DNA of 64,000 nucleotides from Omnitrophica WOR_2 bacterium RIFOXYA2_FULL_38_17 (GCA_001805965.1 MHHG01000006.1:3741-67740), one strand, 5' to 3'. Shown: positions 28,138-37,408, counted from the first letter of the stretch. The notes: generated from the sequence alone by a model not told the origin. A program made the numbers and translations.

Positions 28138-29559
28138 ATGGCATCAGTTACTAGAAAATCCTTAGTAAGGGATCATTTTGATAGCATTGCCAGTGAATAT
28201 GATTATTGGAAGAAAAAGAACAGCTATTACTATGACACAATAATCGAATTTGTATCGAGGATCGTGCCAGAAGGCAGCACTGTTCTTGAGATAGGTTGTG
28301 CGACTGGCTCGATCCTTTCAGCGATAAAGCCTTCTAGAGGCGTCGGAGTGGATCTTAGCTCTGAAATGATCAAGATCGCTTCAGCAAAATATCCTGAATA
28401 TTCTTTCTACAGCCTACCTATAGAAAAACTGCAGCTTGATGAAAAGTTTGATTTCATTTTAATGATCGATGTTGTTGATCATGTTTATGATGTAATGGAT
28501 GTCTTTGAGCAAGTCCACAAGTTCTGCAAGCCCACAACAAGAATAGTTCTTACCACAATAAATCCCTGGTGGGACCCGATCCTTTCAGTAATGGAAAGGC
28601 TTGGTGCTAAGATGCCGGAAGGGCCCCATAATTTTATAGAAAAAGGGAATTTAAAAAGAATGGCTGAGGCGGAAGATATTTCAGTTAGTTATAGTGGGTA
28701 TCTTTTATTGTTCCCTAAAAAAATCCCAATACTGTCATTTCTGGCAAATTCAATTGGCGTCAGAACATGGCTTATAAATAAATTCTCTTGTGTTCAGTAT
28801 ATGATAATGCAGACATTACCAAAGAATACAAATAATCTTGACCTTGGGTGTTCTGTTATTATCCCGTGTCACAATGAACAAGACAATATTCAGGATGCTA
28901 TCAAGAGAGTTCCTCATATGGGAAAGGGCACTGAGATTATTGTCGTTGATGACGGGAGCACTGATTCAACGTCCAAAAAAGTGAAAGAAATGATGGAGTT
29001 CTATTCAAACTTAAATTTAATAAGTTACCCGAAGAACGAAGGAAAAGGCGCTGCGGTCAAGAAGGGATTTGAGGCAGCTACGAAAGAAGTGGTAATGGTA
29101 TTGGATGCAGATCTTTCAGTAAGTCCGGAAGAGCTGCCGAGGTTTTTTGAGCCATTAAATAAAGGTATCTGTCAGTTTGTCAATGGTACGAGAATGGTCT
29201 ACCCGATGGAACATCAGGCAATGAGGATATTGAATCTTTTGGGCAATAAGTTATTCGGATTTATCCTTTCATTTATTATTCAGCAGAATCTCACAGATAC
29301 TTTGTGCGGGACAAAAGCGCTTTATCGTAAAGATGTTGATAGAATTAAATGGGGCACGGATAAGTGGGGGGATTTTGATCTTCTATTCGGAGCAACAAGA
29401 ATAGGCAGTAAGATAATCGAGATACCGGTGCACTATATGTCCAGAAAGACAGGTGAGTCCAAAATGAGATCATTTAAACACGGGCTTCATTTGTTAAGGG
29501 CTTGTTTTTTAGGGTTTATAGAACTAGTATCAAGCCGGTCTGATGAAAAGTTCAAGTGA
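28138..29559 (+). CDS. Class I SAM methyltransferase fused to a GT2 (polyprenol-phosphate type) glycosyltransferase
   Basis: LEIGCATG SAM motif; SVIIPCHNE, VVDDGSTD, LDADL and TDTLCGTK motifs. Confidence 0.85.
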   Translation: MASVTRKSLVRDHFDSIASEYDYWKKKNSYYYDTIIEFVSRIVPEGSTVLEIGCATGSILSAIKPSRGVGVDLSSEMIKIASAKYPEYSFYSLPIEKLQLDEKFDFILMIDVVDHVYDVMDVFEQVHKFCKPTTRIVLTTINPWWDPILSVMERLGAKMPEGPHNFIEKGNLKRMAEAEDISVSYSGYLLLFPKKIPILSFLANSIGVRTWLINKFSCVQYMIMQTLPKNTNNLDLGCSVIIPCHNEQDNIQDAIKRVPHMGKGTEIIVVDDGSTDSTSKKVKEMMEFYSNLNLISYPKNEGKGAAVKKGFEAATKEVVMVLDADLSVSPEELPRFFEPLNKGICQFVNGTRMVYPMEHQAMRILNLLGNKLFGFILSFIIQQNLTDTLCGTKALYRKDVDRIKWGTDKWGDFDLLFGATRIGSKIIEIPVHYMSRKTGESKMRSFKHGLHLLRACFLGFIELVSSRSDEKFK

Positions 29560-30923
29560 TTTATAAGTATTATTAAAATTGGAGCAAGCGGGTAGAAATG
29601 TAATATCAATCTTGAAAGAGTTGTTACTTTTTTATCGCCTGCTATCCATGGATAATTTGAAGTAAATAAGGCTATTGCCGAGTAAAGACCTATAAAAAGA
29701 AAAATGCTTACAAGAACAAGGAAAGCTTCCCTGTTCTTTTTTTTATAATCCCATAATAAAATACTAACACAAGCTATCATCCATACGATATTCCAGTTTC
29801 CAGATAAAAACATATTAAGATAGAACGCATGAATAACTTTTGGTAGCTTCAATAACTGTCCCAAGCCCAACACGAGGGCAGTCTTATCACAATCTGCAGT
29901 ACCATCAATAAGATTATTGGTAAAAAATTTATAAATATGAAAAGACAGGCAAATTGTAAGCGAGGGTATTAATAACGCCAGGGTATTTTTTATGTTCTCT
30001 TTAAAAGAAGTTTTATTAAAAAAACTGATCATTATAAACAGGATGATATAAATAACAATAAACGATGAGCCTTCAAGCTTAGTGAATGATGCAAATCCTG
30101 CAAAAAATGCTGCTGTTATAAGGAAAGAGGTTTTTTTGCTGGATGACCAAAGTATCAACATCATTATAGTTATGCAGTTGTAATACATTAAAAATAGGTC
30201 TCTATATGAAATGGTGGCATGATAAAAGGCCAGGTTAGATGATATTAAGAGTACACAGCCCAGCAATGACCATGTCGTATCCGTGTAGTTCTTTAGAAAT
30301 TTATATTGAACTATGAGGAAAGAAAGAAAAGTACAAGGGAAAATAATCTTTATGTATTGATCTGACCAGCGACCTATATTAATAGCTGTCCAAGTTTCAG
30401 CCAAAGAAGTGTGAAGCGGGTATGTCGGATGCGGCAGGATCTTAAGAGAGGGAATGCTCTTTTCATAAAAGAAAATCTTTGCTTTGAAAGCGATCGTAGC
30501 AAAAGCGTCCCATGAGTCAATAGGCCAGCTTATCGCCCCCCAGAATATCTGAAGTATATTTACAGTGATAAATATTATAAGAAAGGAGTTAAATGATATT
30601 AGCATTATGCTTGGTTTTGGTGTAGTGACAATATCCTTTGGAGTTTGGATATTTTCAGATAGCGGGGTGCTATGCTTTGCTATAAGTAGGAAAATAAAAG
30701 AAAAACAAACGAGAGGAAATGTAGTATTTGCAAAATTTAATTCTAACCCGGATATGCCAATAATAAACATCCATATTGTAAGTATGCCCATGCCCATTCC
30801 ATATGAGAGGGCCAGATTTAAAACAATATCAAGTTTGTTCTTTGTAAAAATAAAAGATATTAGGCAATAACCACAAAACACGGGTATTAGTACGCTTATT
30901 AATAATAAGATAGAAAGGGCCAT
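29487..30923 (-). CDS. Multi-pass membrane protein, probable GT-C fold glycosyltransferase (PMT/ArnT-like)
   Basis: Many TM helices; WDAF..IAFKAK, HPTYP and TKLEG motifs. Confidence 0.6.
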   Translation of the reverse strand: MALSILLLISVLIPVFCGYCLISFIFTKNKLDIVLNLALSYGMGMGILTIWMFIIGISGLELNFANTTFPLVCFSFIFLLIAKHSTPLSENIQTPKDIVTTPKPSIMLISFNSFLIIFITVNILQIFWGAISWPIDSWDAFATIAFKAKIFFYEKSIPSLKILPHPTYPLHTSLAETWTAINIGRWSDQYIKIIFPCTFLSFLIVQYKFLKNYTDTTWSLLGCVLLISSNLAFYHATISYRDLFLMYYNCITIMMLILWSSSKKTSFLITAAFFAGFASFTKLEGSSFIVIYIILFIMISFFNKTSFKENIKNTLALLIPSLTICLSFHIYKFFTNNLIDGTADCDKTALVLGLGQLLKLPKVIHAFYLNMFLSGNWNIVWMIACVSILLWDYKKKNREAFLVLVSIFLFIGLYSAIALFTSNYPWIAGDKKVTTLSRLILHFYPLAPILIILINHLNFSSDRLDTSSINPKKQALNK

Positions 30924-30925
30924 TT

Positions 30926-31654
30926 TTATTTCCTCAGGGTTAAAATATATTCATTGTTCATGTTTACTAAGATCTCATCCTTATCATTTATATACTTTTG
31001 GGGATCATTAACAAAGTAAAGGACATTAACATCCTTTTTTGTTTTGTTATCAAACCCGATAGTTACTTCTGGATAAAGAAAGTATTTTATTATTCTGGAG
31101 TTGATAATGCACGGATCTTCATCGCATTTTAAGTCGGTTAAAAATTCTGCTTGATGCCGCCCGGACAATTTGTTTTTTGCTCTTATGGCAAATTCGTATT
31201 CTTCCTTAAAAAGCATTGATTTCTTATCGCTTTCAGAACGCTTTTTTGTTACTGCAAAATCCTTTGTAAGAACGTTGTATCTGCTAGATTGTTGTAGGAA
31301 AGTTAATAAGAAGAAACAGAAGAACATGAATAGCAGTATGGTCCTCTTTATTGATCGAGCAGTCGAAAAATTTTTTCCAATATAGTTTATTATTGCAAAA
31401 ATATAAAGGCTAGTTACTATTAAGACCATAAAGAAATATGTAAAGCTGTATATGTGGAAATCCTTGATATTTTTTAGTGTGAAGAGATCAGAATTCGGGG
31501 TGCACAATCTTTCCTTATGTGCCTCTATGACAGCAACATAAGGGATATCCAATATGCTTTTCAATATGAAGATATAAAGTAAGGAATATAATAGGAAACA
31601 GATCAATGTCTTTAAACAGAAAAGCGTGTCTTTTTTTATGGGTAGTTGAATCAT
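30926..31654 (-). CDS. Membrane protein (paralog of 31678..32394)
   Basis: Three TM segments plus GRHQAEFLT...YFLYPEV...FDNKT.KD. Confidence 0.65.
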   Translation of the reverse strand: MIQLPIKKDTLFCLKTLICFLLYSLLYIFILKSILDIPYVAVIEAHKERLCTPNSDLFTLKNIKDFHIYSFTYFFMVLIVTSLYIFAIINYIGKNFSTARSIKRTILLFMFFCFFLLTFLQQSSRYNVLTKDFAVTKKRSESDKKSMLFKEEYEFAIRAKNKLSGRHQAEFLTDLKCDEDPCIINSRIIKYFLYPEVTIGFDNKTKKDVNVLYFVNDPQKYINDKDEILVNMNNEYILTLRK

Positions 31655-31677
31655 TGTTTCTTGTTTGTAAAAAAAAA

Positions 31678-32394
31678 TTATTGTTGATGTTCTGTTAAAA
31701 TGAAATTGTCTTTAATGTTAACTAAGGTCTTGTCATTTTCAGAAATAAAGCTTTTTGGGTCCTCTGAAAAATAAATAACCTTATGGTCTTTAGGCGTTTT
31801 ATTGTCAAATCTCAATGAGACTTCTGGATATAGAAAGTACGAAATCATTCGCAGTTTTTTCATGCCAGGATTAATGTTGCAATCAAGACTGGTAATAAAG
31901 TCCGCTTGATGCCTTCCTTTGACAGCCTTTTTTGACAGAAGTGAAAAATAGTATTCACCTTTGAAAAGAGCCAGATTCCTTTCGACCTCAGTTTTGCCTT
32001 TCATTGTTGAATAGTCCTTTATAGTCTGATTGCACCTGTTTAATTGCTGAAATAAAGCAATAGTAAAGAAATTAAGCATTATGAAGGAATAAATAATTTT
32101 TCGTATTGTTTTTATTAAAGAGTTATCCCCGAAGAACAGCCTTGTGATACTTATGGAGAATATTGTTGACGAAAAAATAAAGATAATCCAATAAAAATAA
32201 CTGTAAATGTTTATTCCTTTGATCTTTATAAGCTTAATGAGATTTTCTCTTCGGTGGATAAGGATCTTTCCTAAAATCTTAATAAGATCAAAGGGTGACA
32301 TTTTTAATAAAAAGGCAAGAAAACATATAGCTAGAACGGGATATATGACAATAGCTGCTATTAAAAGCTTATTGAATTTCGGATTATTGTTCAT
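31678..32394 (-). CDS. Membrane protein (paralog of 30926..31654)
   Basis: Three TM segments plus GRHQADFIT...YFLYPEV...FDNKT.KD. Confidence 0.65.
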   Translation of the reverse strand: MNNNPKFNKLLIAAIVIYPVLAICFLAFLLKMSPFDLIKILGKILIHRRENLIKLIKIKGINIYSYFYWIIFIFSSTIFSISITRLFFGDNSLIKTIRKIIYSFIMLNFFTIALFQQLNRCNQTIKDYSTMKGKTEVERNLALFKGEYYFSLLSKKAVKGRHQADFITSLDCNINPGMKKLRMISYFLYPEVSLRFDNKTPKDHKVIYFSEDPKSFISENDKTLVNIKDNFILTEHQQ

Positions 32395-32530
32395 GAAAGG
32401 TTTTTTTCTGTCGTTTATATGGAATGTCTTCTTTCCTGTATTTTATCGGTTTTGTATTGTTTCGCAAGAAAAGAGTTTTTTACTTTAATATATATATGTT
32501 ATTCAAATTATTAACGTTTATAACAAAAAT

Positions 32531-32559
32531 TTGACAAAGCGGCAGACATCCTACATACT
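32531..32559 (+). promoter_or_regulatory. Putative sigma70 promoter of the large modular protein
   Basis: TTGACA-N17-CATACT. Confidence 0.5.
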
Positions 32560-32626
32560 TTAATACTAATATTTTTTTCAATCCAAAATACAATTTGTTT
32601 TTATGATGATCTCAAGGAGATTGTTT

Positions 32627-35600
32627 ATGTATGTTTATTCAGGGAAAAGACGTTTTTGCGCAATTAATCGTCTTTTTATTGCATTTATATCTTTTTCGCT
32701 GTTATTTAGCTCAATGATCACAGGACCTGCTTTTGCTCAAAGCATTGGAATGCTTAACCTGCCGGTTCCTGGCACTATGGTCGTTCAATCACAGGCATTT
32801 GTCCCGGTGCTGCTTAAAGGTATGACAATTTATCCGGATGACCCGCTGAAATTTGACTTTATTGTCGATAGTGGGAACACGGATTTTGATCAAGACGAGA
32901 TACAGAAAGAATCAGAGAAGCTTGTGAAATATTTTCTGGCTTCAATGACCGTTCCCAAGGATGACCTCTGGGTCAATCTTTCTCCTTATGAAGGGGACCG
33001 CATAATAACGGATGAGCTGGGGAAAACTGAATTGGGGAGAGATCTTTTAGCTCAGGATTATATTTTAAAGCAATTAACAGCATCTTTGATGTATCCGGAA
33101 GATGAATTGGGCAGGGAATTCTGGGAAAGAATATATGAAAAAGTTCAAGATCAGTTTGGAACATCGGATATTCCCGTCAATACTTTCAACAAAGTTTGGA
33201 TCCTCCCGGAAAGTGCTACTGTTTACGAAAACGGGCATACTGTTTTTGTTGTAGAGTCAAAATTAAAGGTAATGTTGGACAGCGATTATCAGGCGATGAT
33301 GCATAGTGCTGATTCCGTAGGGGATTCCCTTGCTGGTGCCCGTGATCAAAATGGGATTAATGTAAACGGACAGGTACAAGACCTGTCCTTACAGAAATAT
33401 TCAAATATAGTCCGAGAGATACTCATTCCCGAGATTGAAAAAGAAGTTAATGAGGGAAAGAATTTTGCTCCTCTTCGTCAGATATATAATTCTTTGATAC
33501 TTGCAAAATGGTACAAAGAAACGATCAAAGATTCTTTATTGTCCTCAATTTATATTGATCAGAACAAGACCGCGGGCGTTGAGCTTGATGATACAGCGTT
33601 TAAAGAAGAGATATACCAAAGGTATCTTAAGGCATATAAAAAAGGCGTTTTTGATTATATAAAGGAAGATTATGATGCTTTAACTGATCAGGTTGTTGAT
33701 AGAAAATATTTTTCAGGCGGCTTTAGGGATACCTCAATGCTGATAGACAAGACAAGCAACAAAGCAATTATCGGAAGGTCAGTTACTGGTAAGACATTCA
33801 GTTTTGAAATGGGCATTAAGCCGGAAATCACCAGGCCGGATGTTGCTATGTTATCTGGCAAGAGGATATTAGTAGTAGACGGTGATGATACGTATTCAGA
33901 TTTGATGGAAGATATTCTTGAAAGGGAAAACGCTGTTGTTGTAACTGCTTCAGATGGGCAGCAGGCCTTGGTTATTTTAAAAGCAGACAGAAAATTTGAT
34001 CTGGTTTTAGCTGACCTGGATATGCCTAATATGAGTGGTGATCAGTTAGCAAGAATGGTAAATGAATTGGCTTTTGGGATACCTGTTGTCCTTCAAACCT
34101 GGAATGGGTCAAAAATACCGCAACTTTCTGAAAGCCTTGCAGGCATTGCTAGAGTTGTGGATAAAGGCTTGTCATTTGACCTCGGCAAATTTTACAAGGA
34201 AATTGAAAGTTCAGTTACTCAAGAAAATGCTTTGAAAAAAGATGCAGCGATGCTCTCGGGGAAAAGGATATTAGTTGTTGATGACAGTGATTTCATGCTA
34301 AAGGTCATGAAGAGCCTTTTAGAAGGACAGAATGCTGAAGTTGTAACGGCAGCTGATGGCAAAGATGCTTTAGATATACTTAAGGACGATTCAAGATTTG
34401 ACTTAATAGTTTCAGATTTTAGGATGCCTATAGTTAAGGGAGATGAACTAGCTCAGGTTGTAAAGGATTCAGGGTATGGCATCCCAGTGCTGATTCAAAC
34501 AACAAATACTGAGGAGGTGGTTTCTGGCTTGTCGAAAAGATTATCGGGAATTGCCACGGTAATTGATAAAGGCGACCTCGGGAATTTGTATAAAGGGATC
34601 AATGGTTTAATCTCACCTGAGAGAAAATCCGGAGCAGATAGGTCCATGCTCTCTGGAAAAAGGATCTTGGTAGTTGATGATTATGATTCAATGAGAGAAG
34701 GTATGGAGATACTTTTTCGAATGAGGGGTGCTGTTGTTGTCACTGCTTCAAATGGACAGGAAGCATTAGATATATTGGCAAAAGACCAGAAATTCGATTT
34801 GATAATGACAGACTATCAAATGCCTGTAATGGATGGGGTAGAATTGGCCCAAAAAGTAAGTGAAACTAAACTTGGGATACCTGTTCTCATGCAAACCGCG
34901 AAAGATGAGGAAATCCCTAGATTAACAGAGGAGCTTTCAGGTGTCGCAAATGTAATAAAAAAAGGTCTAGATAATAAAATTATTGTTGAGGCTGTTGCTA
35001 ATTCAATAGAAGGTACCATTCCAGCAAAGAAAGACAGCTCTATGTTAGCTGGAAAGAGAGTATTGGTTGTTGATGATTATCCCGGTATTGCGAGAATGAT
35101 CCAAAGGGTATTAGGCTTAAAAAATATTGCAGTTGTAACTGCTAATAATGGACAGGAAGCATTGGATATATTGGCAAAAGACCAGAAATTCGATTTGATA
35201 ATGACAGACTATCAAATGCCTGTGATGGATGGGGTAGAATTAGCCAAAAAAGTAAGTGAATCTAAATTTGGGATACCTGTTCTTATGCAAACTGCAAGAG
35301 AGGAGGAAATACCTCGATTAAAAGAAGATCTTTCAGGTGTTGCAACAATAATCAAAAAAGGCTTTGGCGTTGATGCGCTTGTTGAGGCAATCGCTGGATC
35401 AATTAAGAGCGTGGCTTCTTTAAACAAAGAGGGCTCTATGCTTAGTGAAAAGGCAAAAGTTCAGTTATCACAAATGCATGTAACTGAAGATGATGAAGTC
35501 CAGCTTAGAAGATTATCCGAAAGTGACTGGTATGAACTTATTAAACAGATAAATCAATCTAGGGTAGTAAATCCGGTCTCTTATGATGTGACAAGTGATA

Positions 35601-36154
35601 TTTTCGGTATTTATGTTGACGAGGAGCAATCGGGCTCAATGACTCAAGCTGCAATAAGAAAGATCTTGGATGCGTTAGATGATTCGTTCAACAGGCCGAT
35701 AAATCTTGTGGTTTTTACTGATTTTTCTTTAGAGGTTGGATTGGTTTATGAGGGGCTGCATAACGTATTGTTTGTTTCAACGCCTGCATTTTTAGTTGCT
35801 ATGAGCTCTGGGGAAAAATATTCTCCTGTGATCGTGTCAGGAGATATGTTGAGTAATAATAGCGATGAAGATTTGTTGGTTATTAAAGAACAACTTCAAT
35901 CAGCTACTTCTGATAATCCTCAAGCAGGAGATGTCGGTGGTATTGATATGAACAGTATTGACTTTGAAAGGACTGGCGAGGGCGTAAAAATTGAATTTTC
36001 ACCTAGCGCTTTTGACCCGGTGATAATAAATATGGGGATAGAGGGATTTTCTCCGGTGATTATTAATTTAACACCGTTAAATAGTGTGTTTCCACTTCTT
36101 GGTTTTGATTCAAGAGATGAAGATCCCTTAGAAATATCATTGGGGAGGAATTAG
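32627..36154 (+). CDS. Large exported modular protein: signal peptide, ~380-aa N-terminal domain, four tandem receiver (REC) domains, an unknown segment and a C-terminal GGID-containing domain
   Basis: AAGGAG 7 nt before ATG 32627 (the ORF opens at 32603); signal peptide ending AFA|Q; four KR[IV]LVVD...D..MP...QT...KG units. Confidence 0.85.
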   Translation: MYVYSGKRRFCAINRLFIAFISFSLLFSSMITGPAFAQSIGMLNLPVPGTMVVQSQAFVPVLLKGMTIYPDDPLKFDFIVDSGNTDFDQDEIQKESEKLVKYFLASMTVPKDDLWVNLSPYEGDRIITDELGKTELGRDLLAQDYILKQLTASLMYPEDELGREFWERIYEKVQDQFGTSDIPVNTFNKVWILPESATVYENGHTVFVVESKLKVMLDSDYQAMMHSADSVGDSLAGARDQNGINVNGQVQDLSLQKYSNIVREILIPEIEKEVNEGKNFAPLRQIYNSLILAKWYKETIKDSLLSSIYIDQNKTAGVELDDTAFKEEIYQRYLKAYKKGVFDYIKEDYDALTDQVVDRKYFSGGFRDTSMLIDKTSNKAIIGRSVTGKTFSFEMGIKPEITRPDVAMLSGKRILVVDGDDTYSDLMEDILERENAVVVTASDGQQALVILKADRKFDLVLADLDMPNMSGDQLARMVNELAFGIPVVLQTWNGSKIPQLSESLAGIARVVDKGLSFDLGKFYKEIESSVTQENALKKDAAMLSGKRILVVDDSDFMLKVMKSLLEGQNAEVVTAADGKDALDILKDDSRFDLIVSDFRMPIVKGDELAQVVKDSGYGIPVLIQTTNTEEVVSGLSKRLSGIATVIDKGDLGNLYKGINGLISPERKSGADRSMLSGKRILVVDDYDSMREGMEILFRMRGAVVVTASNGQEALDILAKDQKFDLIMTDYQMPVMDGVELAQKVSETKLGIPVLMQTAKDEEIPRLTEELSGVANVIKKGLDNKIIVEAVANSIEGTIPAKKDSSMLAGKRVLVVDDYPGIARMIQRVLGLKNIAVVTANNGQEALDILAKDQKFDLIMTDYQMPVMDGVELAKKVSESKFGIPVLMQTAREEEIPRLKEDLSGVATIIKKGFGVDALVEAIAGSIKSVASLNKEGSMLSEKAKVQLSQMHVTEDDEVQLRRLSESDWYELIKQINQSRVVNPVSYDVTSDIFGIYVDEEQSGSMTQAAIRKILDALDDSFNRPINLVVFTDFSLEVGLVYEGLHNVLFVSTPAFLVAMSSGEKYSPVIVSGDMLSNNSDEDLLVIKEQLQSATSDNPQAGDVGGIDMNSIDFERTGEGVKIEFSPSAFDPVIINMGIEGFSPVIINLTPLNSVFPLLGFDSRDEDPLEISLGRN
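33317..33392. repeat. REP doublet (REPIN-like) inserted in frame within a CDS
   Basis: GTAGGGGATTCCCTTGCTGGTGCCCG ... CGGACAGGTACAAGACCTGTCCTTAC: GTAG/GTAA-footed hairpins in inverted orientation. Confidence 0.6.
33839..35440 (+). repeat. Four tandem ~396-bp REC-domain repeat units
   Basis: Linker Met codons at 33848, 34250, 34646, 35042 and 35438 (spacing 402, 396, 396, 396); units 3 and 4 are nearly identical from 34751 and 35147. Confidence 0.85.
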
Positions 36155-36174
36155 TCCTTTATTGCCAGTGAAGG

Positions 36175-36756
36175 CTACTGTAGTTTGAAGGCCTTTAGAT
36201 CTTCATATATGGGGCCTTTAGGCGTTAATATGCTTTTGATAAGTTTTATTTCTGTTATTTCCTGATAGATGCTTTGCGGGAGCGAATAAATTTTTAATGC
36301 ATTAGCAAGTGCTGAAATATTCTTTAGGCTTCGAATCCTTCCTATCGTTACATGAGGCTTAAAGGAATGCTCTTCTTTTTTAAATCCTTCCTTAGTAAGC
36401 GTGTTGTCAATTGCTTCAACCAGATCAGCTATTTCATTTGAATTATCTTCGAGCCCTATCCAGATAACTTTAGGCTTTTCAATTTTTGGAAAAGCTCCAA
36501 GTTGACTCAACTGTGTTCGAATTGATCTAATGTGTTTTGTGAGAAATTCAAGCTTTTCAACAATCTTTGGAACTCTTTTTTGCTCGATTTCTCCTAAAAA
36601 TTTTAAAGTTAAATGTACATTTGTTGTTTTTACCCATTTAACGTCGCAGTCAATATTTTCTAAATGTTCCTGAGCTTTACCGATCTCATTTAAGATCGTA
36701 TCGTTTATGTTAGCTGCAATAAATGTTCGGATGTTTTCGCTTAAATTAGTAATCAT
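36175..36756 (-). CDS. thpR: RNA 2',3'-cyclic phosphodiesterase (2H phosphoesterase)
   Basis: RTFIA, HLTLKFLG and FKPHVTIGR (two HxT motifs). Confidence 0.92.
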   Translation of the reverse strand: MITNLSENIRTFIAANINDTILNEIGKAQEHLENIDCDVKWVKTTNVHLTLKFLGEIEQKRVPKIVEKLEFLTKHIRSIRTQLSQLGAFPKIEKPKVIWIGLEDNSNEIADLVEAIDNTLTKEGFKKEEHSFKPHVTIGRIRSLKNISALANALKIYSLPQSIYQEITEIKLIKSILTPKGPIYEDLKAFKLQ

Positions 36757-36815
36757 ATTCTTAATATTAATAGTAATTCATGGTGATTAGAAAAATAACT
36801 TTTGGAAAAAACGAA

Positions 36816-37280
36816 TTATAAAAATTCTAGAAGAAGCTTAAGTGCCTGCGTTGATGCTTTTGACCTGATGTTCGACCGAGTGCCTGTAAAGACACATTCT
36901 AAACAGATTGTTTCGTAATTTGAGCAAATTGCAATAAAAACAAGGCCGACAGGCTTTGATTTTGTTCCACCAGTAGGTCCTGCAATACCGCTCAAACCTA
37001 TTGAGAAATCAGTATTTAGGATCTTTTTGCATCCTTTCGCCATTGCAATGGTTGTTTGGAAACTAACTGCGCCGTGTTTTTTAATAGTTTCTTCCGGGAC
37101 TTTAAGTAATTTTATTTTTGAATCATTGCTATAAGTAACGAGCCCTAGCTTTAAGAATGCCGAGCTTCCGGATATGTTGGTTAGACGGTTTGATATGAGG
37201 CCGCCTGTACAGGATTCCGCGATTGATAATGATTTCTTCTCAGAAATAAACAAATCAGCTATTTTTTGTTCTATTTTCAT
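36816..37280 (-). CDS. pncC: CinA C-terminal domain / nicotinamide-mononucleotide deamidase
   Basis: AESCTGG, GSSA, HGAVS and SGIAGPTGG..KPVGLV motifs; likely start at MKIEQK. Confidence 0.88.
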   Translation of the reverse strand: MKIEQKIADLFISEKKSLSIAESCTGGLISNRLTNISGSSAFLKLGLVTYSNDSKIKLLKVPEETIKKHGAVSFQTTIAMAKGCKKILNTDFSIGLSGIAGPTGGTKSKPVGLVFIAICSNYETICLECVFTGTRSNIRSKASTQALKLLLEFL

Positions 37281-37308
37281 AAAGGCATTATACGGCAGGA
37301 CAAAAGTC

Positions 37309-37337
37309 TTGACAAGCGATAACATTTAGAATATATT
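37309..37337 (+). promoter_or_regulatory. Sigma70 promoter of the rib operon
   Basis: TTGACA-N17-TATATT. Confidence 0.65.
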
Positions 37338-37408
37338 ACAACCTCAATTAGTAATATTAATAATATTCCGACTGGTCATTAATAAAGATAGACGTTTGGA
37401 AATTTTCT

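Noticed and set aside
33839-35440. Regularly spaced repeats as a CRISPR array
   Set aside because: The units are ~396-bp in-frame protein domains, and there are no short repeat-spacer units or cas genes.
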